Origin: Nitrosospira multiformis ATCC 25196
GTDB lineage: Bacteria; Pseudomonadota; Gammaproteobacteria; Burkholderiales; Nitrosomonadaceae
Direction of reading: 5' to 3'
Length of the DNA: 32,000 nt
NCBI RefSeq assembly: GCF_000196355.1
Contig: NC_007614.1
Coordinates: 2,220,001-2,252,000 of the forward strand
Shown: positions 8,720 through 18,685 of the stretch, in pieces
Position numbering within the stretch: the first letter of the stretch is position 1
Layout of the letters: each line of letters starts with the position of its first letter
Notes under the pieces: model-generated
What the model was told of the DNA's origin: nothing
The model's input: only the letters and a program-made list of their open reading frames with translations
Databases searched by the model: none
Position numbers and translations under genes: made by a program

Positions 8720-9829
8720 TCAAGATGCTGAACCTCCCCCTACAGTAGCAGTTCTATCGACCCAATGTGGTGGCACAAGGATGCGTCCCTTCAAGCCCAT
8801 GCTTGAATAATCTTGCAGCACCGCTTCGGAAATCTGATGCAAGGACTCCGGCTTGCATAAGGCGACGCACGCGCCTCCAAAGCCTGCTCCTGTCAAGCGC
8901 GCTCCATAAACATCAGGATGAGCCTGAAGCAGGGTCACCAATTGATCAAGTTGGGGAACCGAGACCTCATAATCGTCGCGCAAACTGGTATGGGATGCGT
9001 TCATCAGCATCCCGAACTCCGCGGCGTTGTTGCATTCCGCCGCCCGCAGCACGCGCGCGTTCTCGCTTACGATATGGCGTACCCGGCGGCCCAGCGGCTC
9101 AGGCAAAGCGTCCGCCAGTGAAATGTCATGGACTTCGCGAAGTGATTGCACTCCAAGTTGATGTGCCGCCTCTTCACACTCTGTCCGGCGCTGATTGTAA
9201 CCGCTTGTCGCAAGCGTGCGGACAACGCCTGAATCAAGTACCAGCACAGCCGAAGCAGGCGGTAAGGGAACCAGGCGCCGCTCAAGCGTAAGGGTATCCA
9301 GCAGCAAGGCCTCTCTGGTTCCCGCAAGGCTCGATGCCATCTGATCCATGATGCCACAGCGCACTCCTGCGTACTGGATTTCTGCGCGCTGAGCAAGTTG
9401 TGCGATTTGCACATCATCCAGGGGGAAACCGGTCAGCGCACGCAGGACTCGCAACGTCGCTACCTCAAGCGCTGCACTGGAGGATAGCCCTGCTCCCATC
9501 GGCACATCTGATTGAATGTAGATATCCAGCACCGGCACCTTCATCCCAACCGCGCGAGCTTCCATCAAACATCCATATACGTAGGTGGCGAAGTGCTCAG
9601 TTGGAGATTTGCCGAGAGTAAAGTAAACGATGTCATCGAGCATTTCCGAATACAATGCGTATTGCTTGCTGTTGCTATGGCTCATGCTGACACTCGTCTG
9701 CTGCTCGATTGCAATCGGCAGTACATAACCTCCGTTGTAGTCAGTATGCTCTCCCAGCAGGTTAACGCGGCCTGGGGCGCGTGCCACAAACTCAGGCGAA
9801 TCTCCAAATACAGACTCGAAACTGCTCAC
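8720..9829 (-). CDS. galK: Galactokinase
   Basis: RAPGRVNLLGEHTDYNGGYVLPIAI, PMGAGLSSSAALEVA, LTGAGFGGACVAL GHMP-kinase motifs. Confidence 0.96.
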   Translation of the reverse strand: MSSFESVFGDSPEFVARAPGRVNLLGEHTDYNGGYVLPIAIEQQTSVSMSHSNSKQYALYSEMLDDIVYFTLGKSPTEHFATYVYGCLMEARAVGMKVPVLDIYIQSDVPMGAGLSSSAALEVATLRVLRALTGFPLDDVQIAQLAQRAEIQYAGVRCGIMDQMASSLAGTREALLLDTLTLERRLVPLPPASAVLVLDSGVVRTLATSGYNQRRTECEEAAHQLGVQSLREVHDISLADALPEPLGRRVRHIVSENARVLRAAECNNAAEFGMLMNASHTSLRDDYEVSVPQLDQLVTLLQAHPDVYGARLTGAGFGGACVALCKPESLHQISEAVLQDYSSMGLKGRILVPPHWVDRTATVGGGSAS

Positions 9830-9926
9830 CCCGCCTCCATAAAATCCGGGTTGCGTTGCCTGTCTCTCCGATTTCGAGCCTCAAAGCAAATTCCGGATCG
9901 ATTGCCGGAAGAACGGCGGAATATAT

Positions 9927-11009
9927 TCATTCGACAGTAACCTCTACCTGCTGAAGCTCGCGCGCTTTTTCCTCAGGCAACGCGTCCATCGCAAAGAAGC
10001 CTGCTGCAATTTCAGTTCCTGCAAGATATTTGAGCCGCTCACGGGTGCGATAGGGGGGGTAGAATTCTGCGTGCAGGTGCGCTTCGGGATGGGCTTTTCC
10101 ATCAACCGGGGCCTGGTACCACGCCATCAGGTAGGGAAAAGGCCTCTGCCAGAGGCCATCATACTTGAGCAGAACCGTTTTCAATGCCCGCGCCAGGTCT
10201 AACCGTTGATCTGGCGTGAGGTGGACAAAGCTTTCAACCGGTTCCGTCGGGGCAAGCCAGACTTCGTACGGATAACGCGCGCATACCGGGACGAAGGCAA
10301 CAGCGTGTTCACCCTCATAAAGCATGCGTACACCCGCCTCCCGCTCCGCGATAATGAAGTCCTGCAGCACCCCACTTCCCCTCGCTTCATAGTAGTGTTG
10401 TGCCTCCTGCTGCATGCGGCTGGGGACAGGCGGCACCAGGGGGTAGGCGTAGATTTGACCATGGGGATGATGCAGCGTTACACCAACCTCCGCACCCCGG
10501 TTCTCGAATGGCAGTACATATGCAATATCCTCTCGCCGCGCCATCACAGCGGTACGCTCTGCCCATACTTCCATCAATAATTCGATGTGAGCGAGCGACA
10601 AGGCACCCAGCGAAGCTTTGGCGTCTTTCGTAAAAACTACTACCTCACAATGCCCTACAGCCGGCGCGCTTGGCACGATAAGCGAGGGAGGGTCTCCTAT
10701 TGGCCCCAGGGACGGGAAACGGTTGTCGAAGACAGCCACATCCCAGTTTCCGGCAGGCACTTCGGTAGGGTGAGACGGATCAGTTGTTATGCCGAGCGGG
10801 TTATATTCAGGGGGTGGCAGGAACGTCCGCCCCTGCCGATACGCTGCATACGTCACCCACTCTCCGCGTAACGGGTGCCATCTGAGGTGAGGATACGCGT
10901 TCAGCGGCTCCGTGAAAGGGCTGGGCGCAACGATATCAGGATTAATAGCCTCCCGGGAATACAGAATCAGCCGACGGCCATCCGGCTTGGTGAGCTCAAG
11001 CGAATACAC
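9927..11009 (-). CDS. galT: Galactose-1-phosphate uridylyltransferase
   Basis: [14 protein letters not shown] (HxH active site), [27 protein letters not shown] start directly follows the upstream TAG. Confidence 0.95.
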   Translation of the reverse strand: MYSLELTKPDGRRLILYSREAINPDIVAPSPFTEPLNAYPHLRWHPLRGEWVTYAAYRQGRTFLPPPEYNPLGITTDPSHPTEVPAGNWDVAVFDNRFPSLGPIGDPPSLIVPSAPAVGHCEVVVFTKDAKASLGALSLAHIELLMEVWAERTAVMARREDIAYVLPFENRGAEVGVTLHHPHGQIYAYPLVPPVPSRMQQEAQHYYEARGSGVLQDFIIAEREAGVRMLYEGEHAVAFVPVCARYPYEVWLAPTEPVESFVHLTPDQRLDLARALKTVLLKYDGLWQRPFPYLMAWYQAPVDGKAHPEAHLHAEFYPPYRTRERLKYLAGTEIAAGFFAMDALPEEKARELQQVEVTVE

Positions 11010-12791
11010 CTAAACACCCCCGGGTATATAGGTGGGCGAGATGCGCGTGACGCGGGCGATTTGCTCAATGGGAATCTTGGGAGTACGATCCGCGCACAGC
11101 AGTCCGTTCGCTTCCTGAAAGGTATCGGCAAACTGGGTATAGCAAAAGCCGCTGAAGAGAGCCGTATGAATCACTGTATGCATCAACTCGGCATACATAC
11201 GCGCAAATTCCTCTTCGGCGTGGGCAACAGTATAGCCCCAAGTATGCTCGACGCCGGGTTGCGGGCACTTGGCGAAAGCAATCCCCCCGAATTCGCTTAA
11301 CATGATCGGCTGGCCTCGATGCGGGTAGCCATCAAGGGTGAGAATCCGCCCCCCCGGGCGCCGACGGTCGAACAACTGTTCAGGTTTTATTTCGGCGCCA
11401 TAACGCTGGCGCAGATGTTCAATGTTTGCGTCATAATCGTGAATACCGATGATATCCGTAGCACTGCTTTCCCATCCATCGTTGCCGATTACCGGGCGCG
11501 TCGCATCCAGGGTTTTGGTCAAGTGATATAGTGCCTCGACAGCGTGCCGCTGTTTACGGACCGCGGTAAGTTCCGGTACTCCCCAGGATTCATTGAAAGG
11601 TACCCATACAATGACGCAGGGATGGCTGTAATCCCGCTCGATGGCCTCCGTCCATTCCCGCACCATCCTCTTGATGGCGCTGCGGGTGAAGCGATATGCG
11701 GAAGGCATTTCTTCCCATACCATCAGCCCGAGCCTGTCCGCCCAATAAAGATAGCGCGGGTCCTCTATCTTTTGATGCTTGCGCACCCCGTTGAAGCCCA
11801 TTGCCTTTGCAAGTTCCACATCGCCTCGCAGGGCGTCGTCGCTTGGCGCAGCCAGCAGCGTCTCCGGCCAGTAGCCCTGGTCAAGCACGAGCCTCAGCGT
11901 GTAGGGACGACCGTTCAGCATGAAGCGGTCGCGCAGGATGTTGACGGAACGCATTGCAGTGTAGGAGATGAACTCGTCGACCACCTCCTCGCCCCGCATC
12001 AGTCGTACAACAGCATCGATCAAGGTGGGACGTTCCGGGCTCCATAGCAACTCATTACGAAAATCATCAATTCCAGGGTCAGACAATATGATGACGCGGT
12101 CTACTTCCCGTTCGACTACCCGATAGCGGTCATGCGCGAGCAACTGCTCCCCGTGGCGCAAGCATACGTCTACTGCCAGTTCGTCGGCCTCTTCTCCTAT
12201 TACGCGCGCTTCGAAGCCTATCGCATATATCTCGACCTGGGGCGTCCACCGAATCTTTTCAATGTAATTTTCGGATACCCGCTCGATCCAGACCATCTGC
12301 CAGATGCCAGTGGTACGGGGATACCAGATGGCATGAGGCTCGAGCTGCCAATCCTGCTTTCCACGCGGTTTGGCCAGCTCGTGCGGATCGTCCTCCACCT
12401 GTACCGTCACCTTCTGTTTTCCGGATGGATCGAGCAGAGGGGTGATGTCCCCCCAGAATGGAGTATGCCCCCCTTCGTGGCTGGCGGCAAAACGACCGTT
12501 GACCCATACCTTTGCGGAGTAGTCCACGGCACCGAAATGCAGGATTACCCGCTCCGAGGAGGGCTCGAAATCAAAATCGCGCTCATACCAGCAGAGTGAA
12601 TGAAAACTGCGGTCACCGATTCCGCTTGCCTCGGATTCGGGTGGAAACGGCACGATGATTTCCATCGGCCAGGATTCTATCTGAGAGGGGTGAGTAAAAG
12701 TACGCGCCTCGTCGTAGCGAAAGCGCCAGACTCCGTTGAGCGAGGTCCAATTGGAGCGCTGCATCTGCGGTCGAGGGTGCGCGAACTTCAA
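11010..12791 (-). CDS. Glycoside hydrolase family 2 protein (beta-galactosidase/glucuronidase-like)
   Basis: Sugar-binding N-terminus (YERDFDF...VWVNGRFAASHEGGHTPF), DYSHPCVIVWVPFNESWGV, PIMLSEFGGIAF. TTG start preceded by GGAGGAG. Confidence 0.92.
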   Translation of the reverse strand: MKFAHPRPQMQRSNWTSLNGVWRFRYDEARTFTHPSQIESWPMEIIVPFPPESEASGIGDRSFHSLCWYERDFDFEPSSERVILHFGAVDYSAKVWVNGRFAASHEGGHTPFWGDITPLLDPSGKQKVTVQVEDDPHELAKPRGKQDWQLEPHAIWYPRTTGIWQMVWIERVSENYIEKIRWTPQVEIYAIGFEARVIGEEADELAVDVCLRHGEQLLAHDRYRVVEREVDRVIILSDPGIDDFRNELLWSPERPTLIDAVVRLMRGEEVVDEFISYTAMRSVNILRDRFMLNGRPYTLRLVLDQGYWPETLLAAPSDDALRGDVELAKAMGFNGVRKHQKIEDPRYLYWADRLGLMVWEEMPSAYRFTRSAIKRMVREWTEAIERDYSHPCVIVWVPFNESWGVPELTAVRKQRHAVEALYHLTKTLDATRPVIGNDGWESSATDIIGIHDYDANIEHLRQRYGAEIKPEQLFDRRRPGGRILTLDGYPHRGQPIMLSEFGGIAFAKCPQPGVEHTWGYTVAHAEEEFARMYAELMHTVIHTALFSGFCYTQFADTFQEANGLLCADRTPKIPIEQIARVTRISPTYIPGGV

Positions 12792-12982
12792 TGCATTCTC
12801 CTCCTAAAGCGCTGCATGCTTGCTCGTCATTGGAGACGAGCGGCTACTCAGGTATGACTGATCTGATATCTGATGGGATAGAGGACTACAGGATAAGTAT
12901 AGTAGATAGCGACAGTCTCATCGACAATTGGCTTGGTTAACTCTTAGCCTCGATGAATCACTGTCGACTGCTTTGGGTGGGG

Positions 12983-13075
12983 TGGCGGAGAGAGAGGGAT
13001 TCGAACCCTCGATAAGCTTTTTGAGCCTATACTCCCTTAGCAGGGGAGCGCCTTCGACCACTCGGCCATCTCTCC
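12983..13075 (-). tRNA. tRNA-Ser (anticodon GCT)
   Basis: Minus strand GGAGAGATGGCCGAGTGGTCGAAGGCGCTCCCCTGCTAAGGGAG...long variable arm...GAGGGTTCGAATCCCTCTCTCTCCGCCA. Confidence 0.96.
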
Positions 13076-13153
13076 AACAAAGCCGCACTAGGATAGCGGT
13101 TTAGAACTCCTGGGTCAAACAAAGGTTATGAAAGGGACCGGTAAGCGGAATAT

Positions 13154-14383
13154 TCATGATATCTGATCGAGTTCGAATACCTTGTGCAAGACACGTACCG
13201 CCAACTCCATGTATTTTTCATCCACGACTACTGAAATCTTGATTTCAGAGGTGGAGATCATCTGGATATTGATGCCCTCTTCGGCCAGCGTACGGAACAT
13301 TCTGCTGGCAATGCCCACATGCGAACGCATGCCGACGCCCACTACCGAGACTTTCGCGATTCTGTCGCCTCCGATCACACCCCGGGCACCGATATGAGGC
13401 TGCACCTGATTTTTCAGGATATCCATCGTTCTCGCAAATTCATTGCGATTCACGGTAAATGAAAAATCGGTCATGCCATCGTGGCCGACATTCTGGATGA
13501 TCATGTCTACATCGATATTTGCCTCCGCCACGGGACCGAGAATCTGATAGGCGATACCGGGACGGTCCGGCACACCCAGCACCGTAATCTTGGCTTCGTC
13601 ACGATTGAATGCGATGCCTGAAATAATCGCCCGTTCCATGTTTTTCTCTTCCTCGAAAGTGATGAGGGTACCTTCTCCTTCTTCCTCGAAACTGGAGAGC
13701 ACCCGCAATTTAACCTTGTATTTACCCGCGAACTCCACCGCGCGGATTTGCAGCACCTTGGAACCGAGGCTTGCCATTTCAAGCATTTCTTCAAAGGTAA
13801 CAGTCTTGAGTTTGCGCGCTTCGGGCACAATTCGGGGATCGGTCGTGTAAACTCCGTCTACATCCGTATAGATCTGGCATTCATCCGCCTTGAGCGCTGC
13901 CGCGAGGGCCACAGCCGTGGTGTCGGAACCTCCCCGGCCCAATGTTGTGATACTCCCCGCCTCGTCCACTCCCTGAAAGCCCGCTACTGCCACCACGTAT
14001 CCCGCATCGAGATCGGCGCGTATCCTGTCTTCATCGATTTTGAGTATGCGCGCCTTGGTATAGGCACTATCGGTGTGAATGCGCACCTGGGCACCGGTGT
14101 AGCTCTTCGCCTTGATGCCCAGATCCATCAGCGCCATTGACAGCAGAGCGACAGAAACCTGCTCCCCGGTGGAAACCATGACATCCAGCTCCCGGGGATC
14201 CGGATGGGCCTGGAATTCCCGGGCCAGCGCAATAAGACGATTTGTCTCTCCGCTCATGGCGGATACCACGACCACCACCCGATCGCCCCGGGCCTGGAAT
14301 CTCGCCACCCGGCGCGCAACATTCTTGATGCGCTCCGTGCTGCCCACCGATGTGCCGCCGTATTTTTGAACGATAAATGTCAC
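13154..14383 (-). CDS. lysC: Aspartate kinase
   Basis: [53 protein letters not shown]-terminal ACT domains. GTG start likely. Confidence 0.96.
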   Translation of the reverse strand: MTFIVQKYGGTSVGSTERIKNVARRVARFQARGDRVVVVVSAMSGETNRLIALAREFQAHPDPRELDVMVSTGEQVSVALLSMALMDLGIKAKSYTGAQVRIHTDSAYTKARILKIDEDRIRADLDAGYVVAVAGFQGVDEAGSITTLGRGGSDTTAVALAAALKADECQIYTDVDGVYTTDPRIVPEARKLKTVTFEEMLEMASLGSKVLQIRAVEFAGKYKVKLRVLSSFEEEGEGTLITFEEEKNMERAIISGIAFNRDEAKITVLGVPDRPGIAYQILGPVAEANIDVDMIIQNVGHDGMTDFSFTVNRNEFARTMDILKNQVQPHIGARGVIGGDRIAKVSVVGVGMRSHVGIASRMFRTLAEEGINIQMISTSEIKISVVVDEKYMELAVRVLHKVFELDQIS

Positions 14384-14580
14384 GATAACCTGCTTAACTG
14401 GGAATGGCAAAGCCGTGGACAAAATGCCATATGTCGGATCAATTCAGGGGATTAAAGTCCTGGCATGGATATTGTGTTCGAATTTTACCTTATTACCGGA
14501 AAGAAAACCCGAGAACCTTTACAGAAGCTTTTTCCAGGTTCCATGATATGCAAAATGATAAAAGGGAATATCCCAGGATA

Positions 14581-14594
14581 TTGACGTAGGTCAA
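14581..14594. promoter_or_regulatory. FNR/DNR-family-like box TTGAC-GTAG-GTCAA
   Basis: Perfect 5-bp arms around a 4-nt spacer in the lysC/HTH intergenic region. Confidence 0.4.
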
Positions 14595-14755
14595 ATGCAG
14601 GGCCTGGAGTCGTTCCATTCAGGGAAAACCTGATTGATTCAGGGGTTTCTTAATACTTGCATAGAATAAAAAAACAAATTAAATTTATGTATGTGCAATA
14701 CTCCTATAACATAAAAGCGCGTCTATTCTAACTCCATAACCTGTCGGGATGCCCC

Positions 14756-15043
14756 ATGAAACTCTTCGAAGAAATATCCAATCCTCGTGAAATTCGGCGC
14801 AAGCTGGGTCTCAATCAGCATGATTTCTGGAGCAAGGTCGGCGTCACCCAAAGCGGCGGCTCCCGTTATGAGAGTGGACGAAATATGCCTAGGCCGGTAA
14901 GGGAACTGGTACGGCTGGTGCATATCGAGCATATCGATCTTTCCAAGATCAAGAAAGACGATCTCGCGGTTGCGGCCTTGCTGAAAAGCAAGGATCCCGA
15001 GCTGTACAAGAGTCTGAAGAAAGCCTCCAAGGCCAAGCAGTAG
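14756..15043 (+). CDS. Helix-turn-helix (XRE-like) DNA-binding protein
   Basis: IRRKLGLNQHDFWSKVGVTQSGGSRYESGRNMPRPVRELVRLVH. Confidence 0.88.
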   Translation: MKLFEEISNPREIRRKLGLNQHDFWSKVGVTQSGGSRYESGRNMPRPVRELVRLVHIEHIDLSKIKKDDLAVAALLKSKDPELYKSLKKASKAKQ

Positions 15044-15111
15044 GGACAATACCGGAGACCTGTCCAGATCACTGCTCAAGCTTCATCGGAGAATCAGGAA
15101 GGAGAAATCAG

Positions 15112-15951
15112 CTATGGATTCAGCTTTACAGCGAGTCCCCGGCGTCTTATTTGTTCCGAAAATGCCTCCATCCACTCCTGCCTGATCTTCGTCAGCCGAG
15201 AGGCTTCCGGCTGCAAGGATGGACGCGCAAGACCGTACAGAAGCACCCCTTCGAGTGCTCCCCCCTCGCTCAGAAATTCCTCGATAAATCTCAAATACGC
15301 TTCAGATTCATTTCTGGAAGGTGGCATTCCGTCGATCTGAAATACACAGGTCTGCAACCATGTAGGGCACAGGGATGCGGACAGTTGCAGATTCCTGCGC
15401 ATCTTTTTCAAACTCATGCGCGTGTTATTGATCAGCTGCCTTCCTTCACGGGTAACGCTGTCCAGCTTGAACCATACTTCGCCATTGAGGGTTGCCATCC
15501 GGCTCAACCCGCGCTGGACACTGTCGCGATCTATCAGACTGCCATTTGTGATCAATACCAGCTTAAGCGCTTCGGGCAGCTCGAAATCGGCTTTTACCCG
15601 TCCGAGCAGTTCGATGACCTGCTCGAATTCCCTGGCGCTGGTCGACTCGCCATTGCCGGATAAAGCGATATCATGGAGATGTCTTGCCTCAGCAGGTACC
15701 TGTCTTTGCATGAAATCGCCATATACGATTTCGTGCAACAAAGCCCGCAACTCGGCTTCAAGTTTTGCCAGGTCAATCGCGGGGGCAGTGCCTCGCGAGA
15801 GATTCGGCACCTGACAGTAGATGCAACGCCAGTTACATGCATTGTTCGGATTAAGATTGATTCCGATCGACACACCGCCGGCACGACGCGAAATAACGGG
15901 ATAAACATAGGTCATCCCGGTTATATCGCGGCTATGATCTGCTACATCCAA
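15112..15951 (-). CDS. Radical SAM protein
   Basis: NACNWRCIYCQVPN (CxxxCxxC cluster), GNGESTSAREFEQV, VLITNGSLIDRDSV. Start uncertain (TTG 15951 or ATG 15915). Confidence 0.9.
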   Translation of the reverse strand: MDVADHSRDITGMTYVYPVISRRAGGVSIGINLNPNNACNWRCIYCQVPNLSRGTAPAIDLAKLEAELRALLHEIVYGDFMQRQVPAEARHLHDIALSGNGESTSAREFEQVIELLGRVKADFELPEALKLVLITNGSLIDRDSVQRGLSRMATLNGEVWFKLDSVTREGRQLINNTRMSLKKMRRNLQLSASLCPTWLQTCVFQIDGMPPSRNESEAYLRFIEEFLSEGGALEGVLLYGLARPSLQPEASRLTKIRQEWMEAFSEQIRRRGLAVKLNP

Positions 15952-15988
15952 TCGTTTGGAAATTTGCTGCAATGCTACAATCCCGATA

Positions 15989-16438
15989 ATGTTGATTACA
16001 CGCAGGCTGGAATTCGACGCCGGCCATCGTATACCTTCCCACAAGAGCCAGTGCCGGCATCTGCACGGCCATCGTTACGCCATAGAAATTACCCTGTCAG
16101 GCGAAATTATCACTGAGCCTGGCATCTCCGAGCAAGGCATGGTCATGGATTATTCGGAGGTCAAACGCATTGCGAAAGAAGTGCTGGTGGATAAATGGGA
16201 CCATGCGTTCCTTGCCTATGCGGAAGACCACAAGTTGCTGGAATTCCTCCAATCCCTCGAAGACCACAAAACCGTGGTGCTGGATACGCCCCCCACGGCG
16301 GAAAACCTGGCTCTGACCGCTTTCTACATACTCGATGAAGCATATCAGGATCGCTATGGCAATCATCTAAGGCTGGAGCAAGTGCGCCTGTTCGAAACCC
16401 CCAACTGCTGGGCGGATGCGGTGCGAGGACAACCCTGA
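15989..16438 (+). CDS. queD: 6-carboxytetrahydropterin synthase family protein (QueD-like)
   Basis: RRLEFDAGHRIPSHKSQCRHLHGHRYAIEITLSG, LDTPPTAENLALTAF, VRLFETPNCWA. Confidence 0.92.
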   Translation: MLITRRLEFDAGHRIPSHKSQCRHLHGHRYAIEITLSGEIITEPGISEQGMVMDYSEVKRIAKEVLVDKWDHAFLAYAEDHKLLEFLQSLEDHKTVVLDTPPTAENLALTAFYILDEAYQDRYGNHLRLEQVRLFETPNCWADAVRGQP

Positions 16439-16621
16439 TTGTTCCCCTATCCCATGTCACCTGTTTGATGATGATCACAACATGGCAATAACCGGAACAG
16501 GCATTTATGAAATCAAGAGGATTGAGACTACCGGTTTTGAAGGCGGGGAATCTTCTCTTCGTTGCAACCGCACATGCTTTTTTTGCTAACATGACATGGC
16601 GAGTAACCACTGAGGATTGAA

Positions 16622-17098
16622 ATGCTGAATCAACCCGTTCCCGATTTTGAACTTCCTTCGACCAGTAATAAGACATTTCGTTTATCCGCAACCCGTGAAA
16701 AGAACCTGGTCATCTATTTCTATCCAAAGGATGATACGCCGGGATGCACCACCGAAGGCCAGGAATTCCGGGATGCTTACACCGAATTTACCGATGCCGA
16801 TTGCGACATAGTGGGTATTTCGCGTGACAACATCAAGTCTCATGAGAAATTCAAGGCAAAAATGAATTTTCCGTTCGAATTGCTGAGCGACACGGACGAG
16901 ACGGTTTGCAACCTGTTCGGGGTGATGAAGATGAAAAACATGTACGGTAAGCAGGTTCGTGGCATCGATCGGAGCACATTCGTGGTCGACACCAAAGGGA
17001 TACTCCGGCGCGAATGGCGAAGTGTCAAAGTGACGGGGCATGTCCAGGAAGTCCTGGAGTTTGTGAAAACCCTGCCCAACGAGAATCATGAGTCCTAG
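16622..17098 (+). CDS. bcp: Peroxiredoxin (BCP/thioredoxin-dependent thiol peroxidase)
   Basis: NLVIYFYPKDDTPGCTTEGQEFRD, VVGISRD-like region, GIDRSTFVVDTKG. Confidence 0.94.
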   Translation: MLNQPVPDFELPSTSNKTFRLSATREKNLVIYFYPKDDTPGCTTEGQEFRDAYTEFTDADCDIVGISRDNIKSHEKFKAKMNFPFELLSDTDETVCNLFGVMKMKNMYGKQVRGIDRSTFVVDTKGILRREWRSVKVTGHVQEVLEFVKTLPNENHES

Positions 17099-18539
17099 AA
17101 AGCCGAGATCTCCCACGGCTCCCAATTCATCTGCTTCCATCGCTCCGATCCCCCGTCTGATGCCCAAGCTGTTTGTGCTCGACAGCAACGTGCTCATGCA
17201 CGACCCCACCAGCCTGTTCCGCTTTCAGGAACATGACATCTATATCACGATGACAACGCTGGAGGAACTCGACAACAACAAGAAAGGGATGTCGGAGGTT
17301 GCCCGCAATGCACGTCAAACAAGCCGTTTTCTGGATGAAATCGTCAGCAGCGCGATAACCGATATTGACGAAGGCATTTCTTTACAGTTGCATGGCACCA
17401 AGAATGCAACCGGCAGGCTGTTCCTCCAGACGCAGGCGATCACGAACGTCTTGCCGGTATATCTGGCAAGCGGCAGCGCGGACAACCAGATTATCGGAGC
17501 AGTCAAGTTTTTGCACGATACCCACCAGAACCGCGTGGTCACACTGGTTTCCAAAGACATCAACATGCGGATCAAGGCGCGAGCCTTGGGGCTGGCAGCG
17601 GAGGACTATTTCAATGACAAGGTTCTGGAAGACACTGATGTCCTCTTCTCAGGCATCCAGGAACTGCCAGAGGATTTCTGGGATGAACACGGCAAGGACA
17701 TGGAGTCCTGGCAGCAGTCGGGGCAGACATTTTATCGTGTGACCGGCCCCCTTGCCGGGGGTTTTGTAATCAATCAATTCGTCTATCTGGAGCATGACAA
17801 ACCGTTTTACGCGCAGGTCAAGGAGACTAGCGGAAGAACTGCCGTTCTGCAGACGCTGAAAGATTATACTCATCAAAAGAACAATGTGTGGGGCATCACG
17901 GCGCGGAATCGCGAGCAGAATTTCGCGTTCAACCTGCTGATGAACCCGGAAGTGGATTTCGTCACCCTGCTGGGGCAGGCAGGTACCGGCAAGACGTTGC
18001 TTACACTGGCAGCAGGTCTGATGCAGACACTGGAGCACAAGGTATACTCCGAAATCATCATGACGCGCGTGACGGTGCCAGTGGGGGAGGATATCGGATT
18101 TCTGCCCGGAACCGAGGAAGAAAAGATGACTCCCTGGATGGGGGCACTGGAAGACAACCTGGACGTGCTCAACAAGACGGATAGCAGCGCCGGAGAATGG
18201 GGACGAGCAGCGACGCTCGATCTGATTCGCTCCCGCATCAAGATAAAATCGCTCAACTTCATGCGCGGGCGCACTTTCATCAATAAGTTCCTGATAATCG
18301 ACGAAGCGCAGAACCTGACACCCAAGCAGATGAAAACGCTTATTACCCGTGCCGGCCCTGCCACAAAGGTCGTGTGCCTGGGTAACATCGCGCAGATAGA
18401 TACGCCCTACTTGTCGGAGGGAAGCTCAGGGTTGACCTACGTGGTGGACCGGTTCAAGGGATGGAATCACAGCGGGCACGTCACGCTGCAACGTGGTGAG
18501 CGTTCCAGACTGGCGGATTATGCTGCAGAGATACTATAA
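17088..18539 (+). CDS. PIN domain + PhoH-family ATPase
   Basis: LFVLDSNVLMHDPTSLFRFQEHDIYITMTTLEELD (PIN), LLGQAGTGKTLLTLAAGL (Walker A), FLIIDEAQNLTPKQMKTLITRAGPATKVVCLGNIAQIDTPYL. Confidence 0.94.
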   Translation: MSPRKPRSPTAPNSSASIAPIPRLMPKLFVLDSNVLMHDPTSLFRFQEHDIYITMTTLEELDNNKKGMSEVARNARQTSRFLDEIVSSAITDIDEGISLQLHGTKNATGRLFLQTQAITNVLPVYLASGSADNQIIGAVKFLHDTHQNRVVTLVSKDINMRIKARALGLAAEDYFNDKVLEDTDVLFSGIQELPEDFWDEHGKDMESWQQSGQTFYRVTGPLAGGFVINQFVYLEHDKPFYAQVKETSGRTAVLQTLKDYTHQKNNVWGITARNREQNFAFNLLMNPEVDFVTLLGQAGTGKTLLTLAAGLMQTLEHKVYSEIIMTRVTVPVGEDIGFLPGTEEEKMTPWMGALEDNLDVLNKTDSSAGEWGRAATLDLIRSRIKIKSLNFMRGRTFINKFLIIDEAQNLTPKQMKTLITRAGPATKVVCLGNIAQIDTPYLSEGSSGLTYVVDRFKGWNHSGHVTLQRGERSRLADYAAEIL

Positions 18540-18685
18540 GCACTATCGCTGACAAGAGCCCGGACACCTTTTCCGCTCCTGGCAGTGGGTCAAGCGAGCA
18601 GGATAAGTCGTGGTCGTCAGGCGGCCCTGACCTGCACTCCCGAAAGTTTAGCCTGACAATAGCGAAAGATAGTTGAACCGTAGTC

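Noticed and set aside
15151-15663. 170-aa plus-strand ORF opposite the radical SAM gene.
   Set aside because: Antisense translation; the minus frame contains CNWRCIYCQ and other family motifs.
18601-18650. Inverted repeat GTCAGG-CGGC-CCTGAC between convergent phoH-type and dnaB genes.
   Set aside because: Short stem without a T-run; location suggests at most a weak intergenic hairpin.
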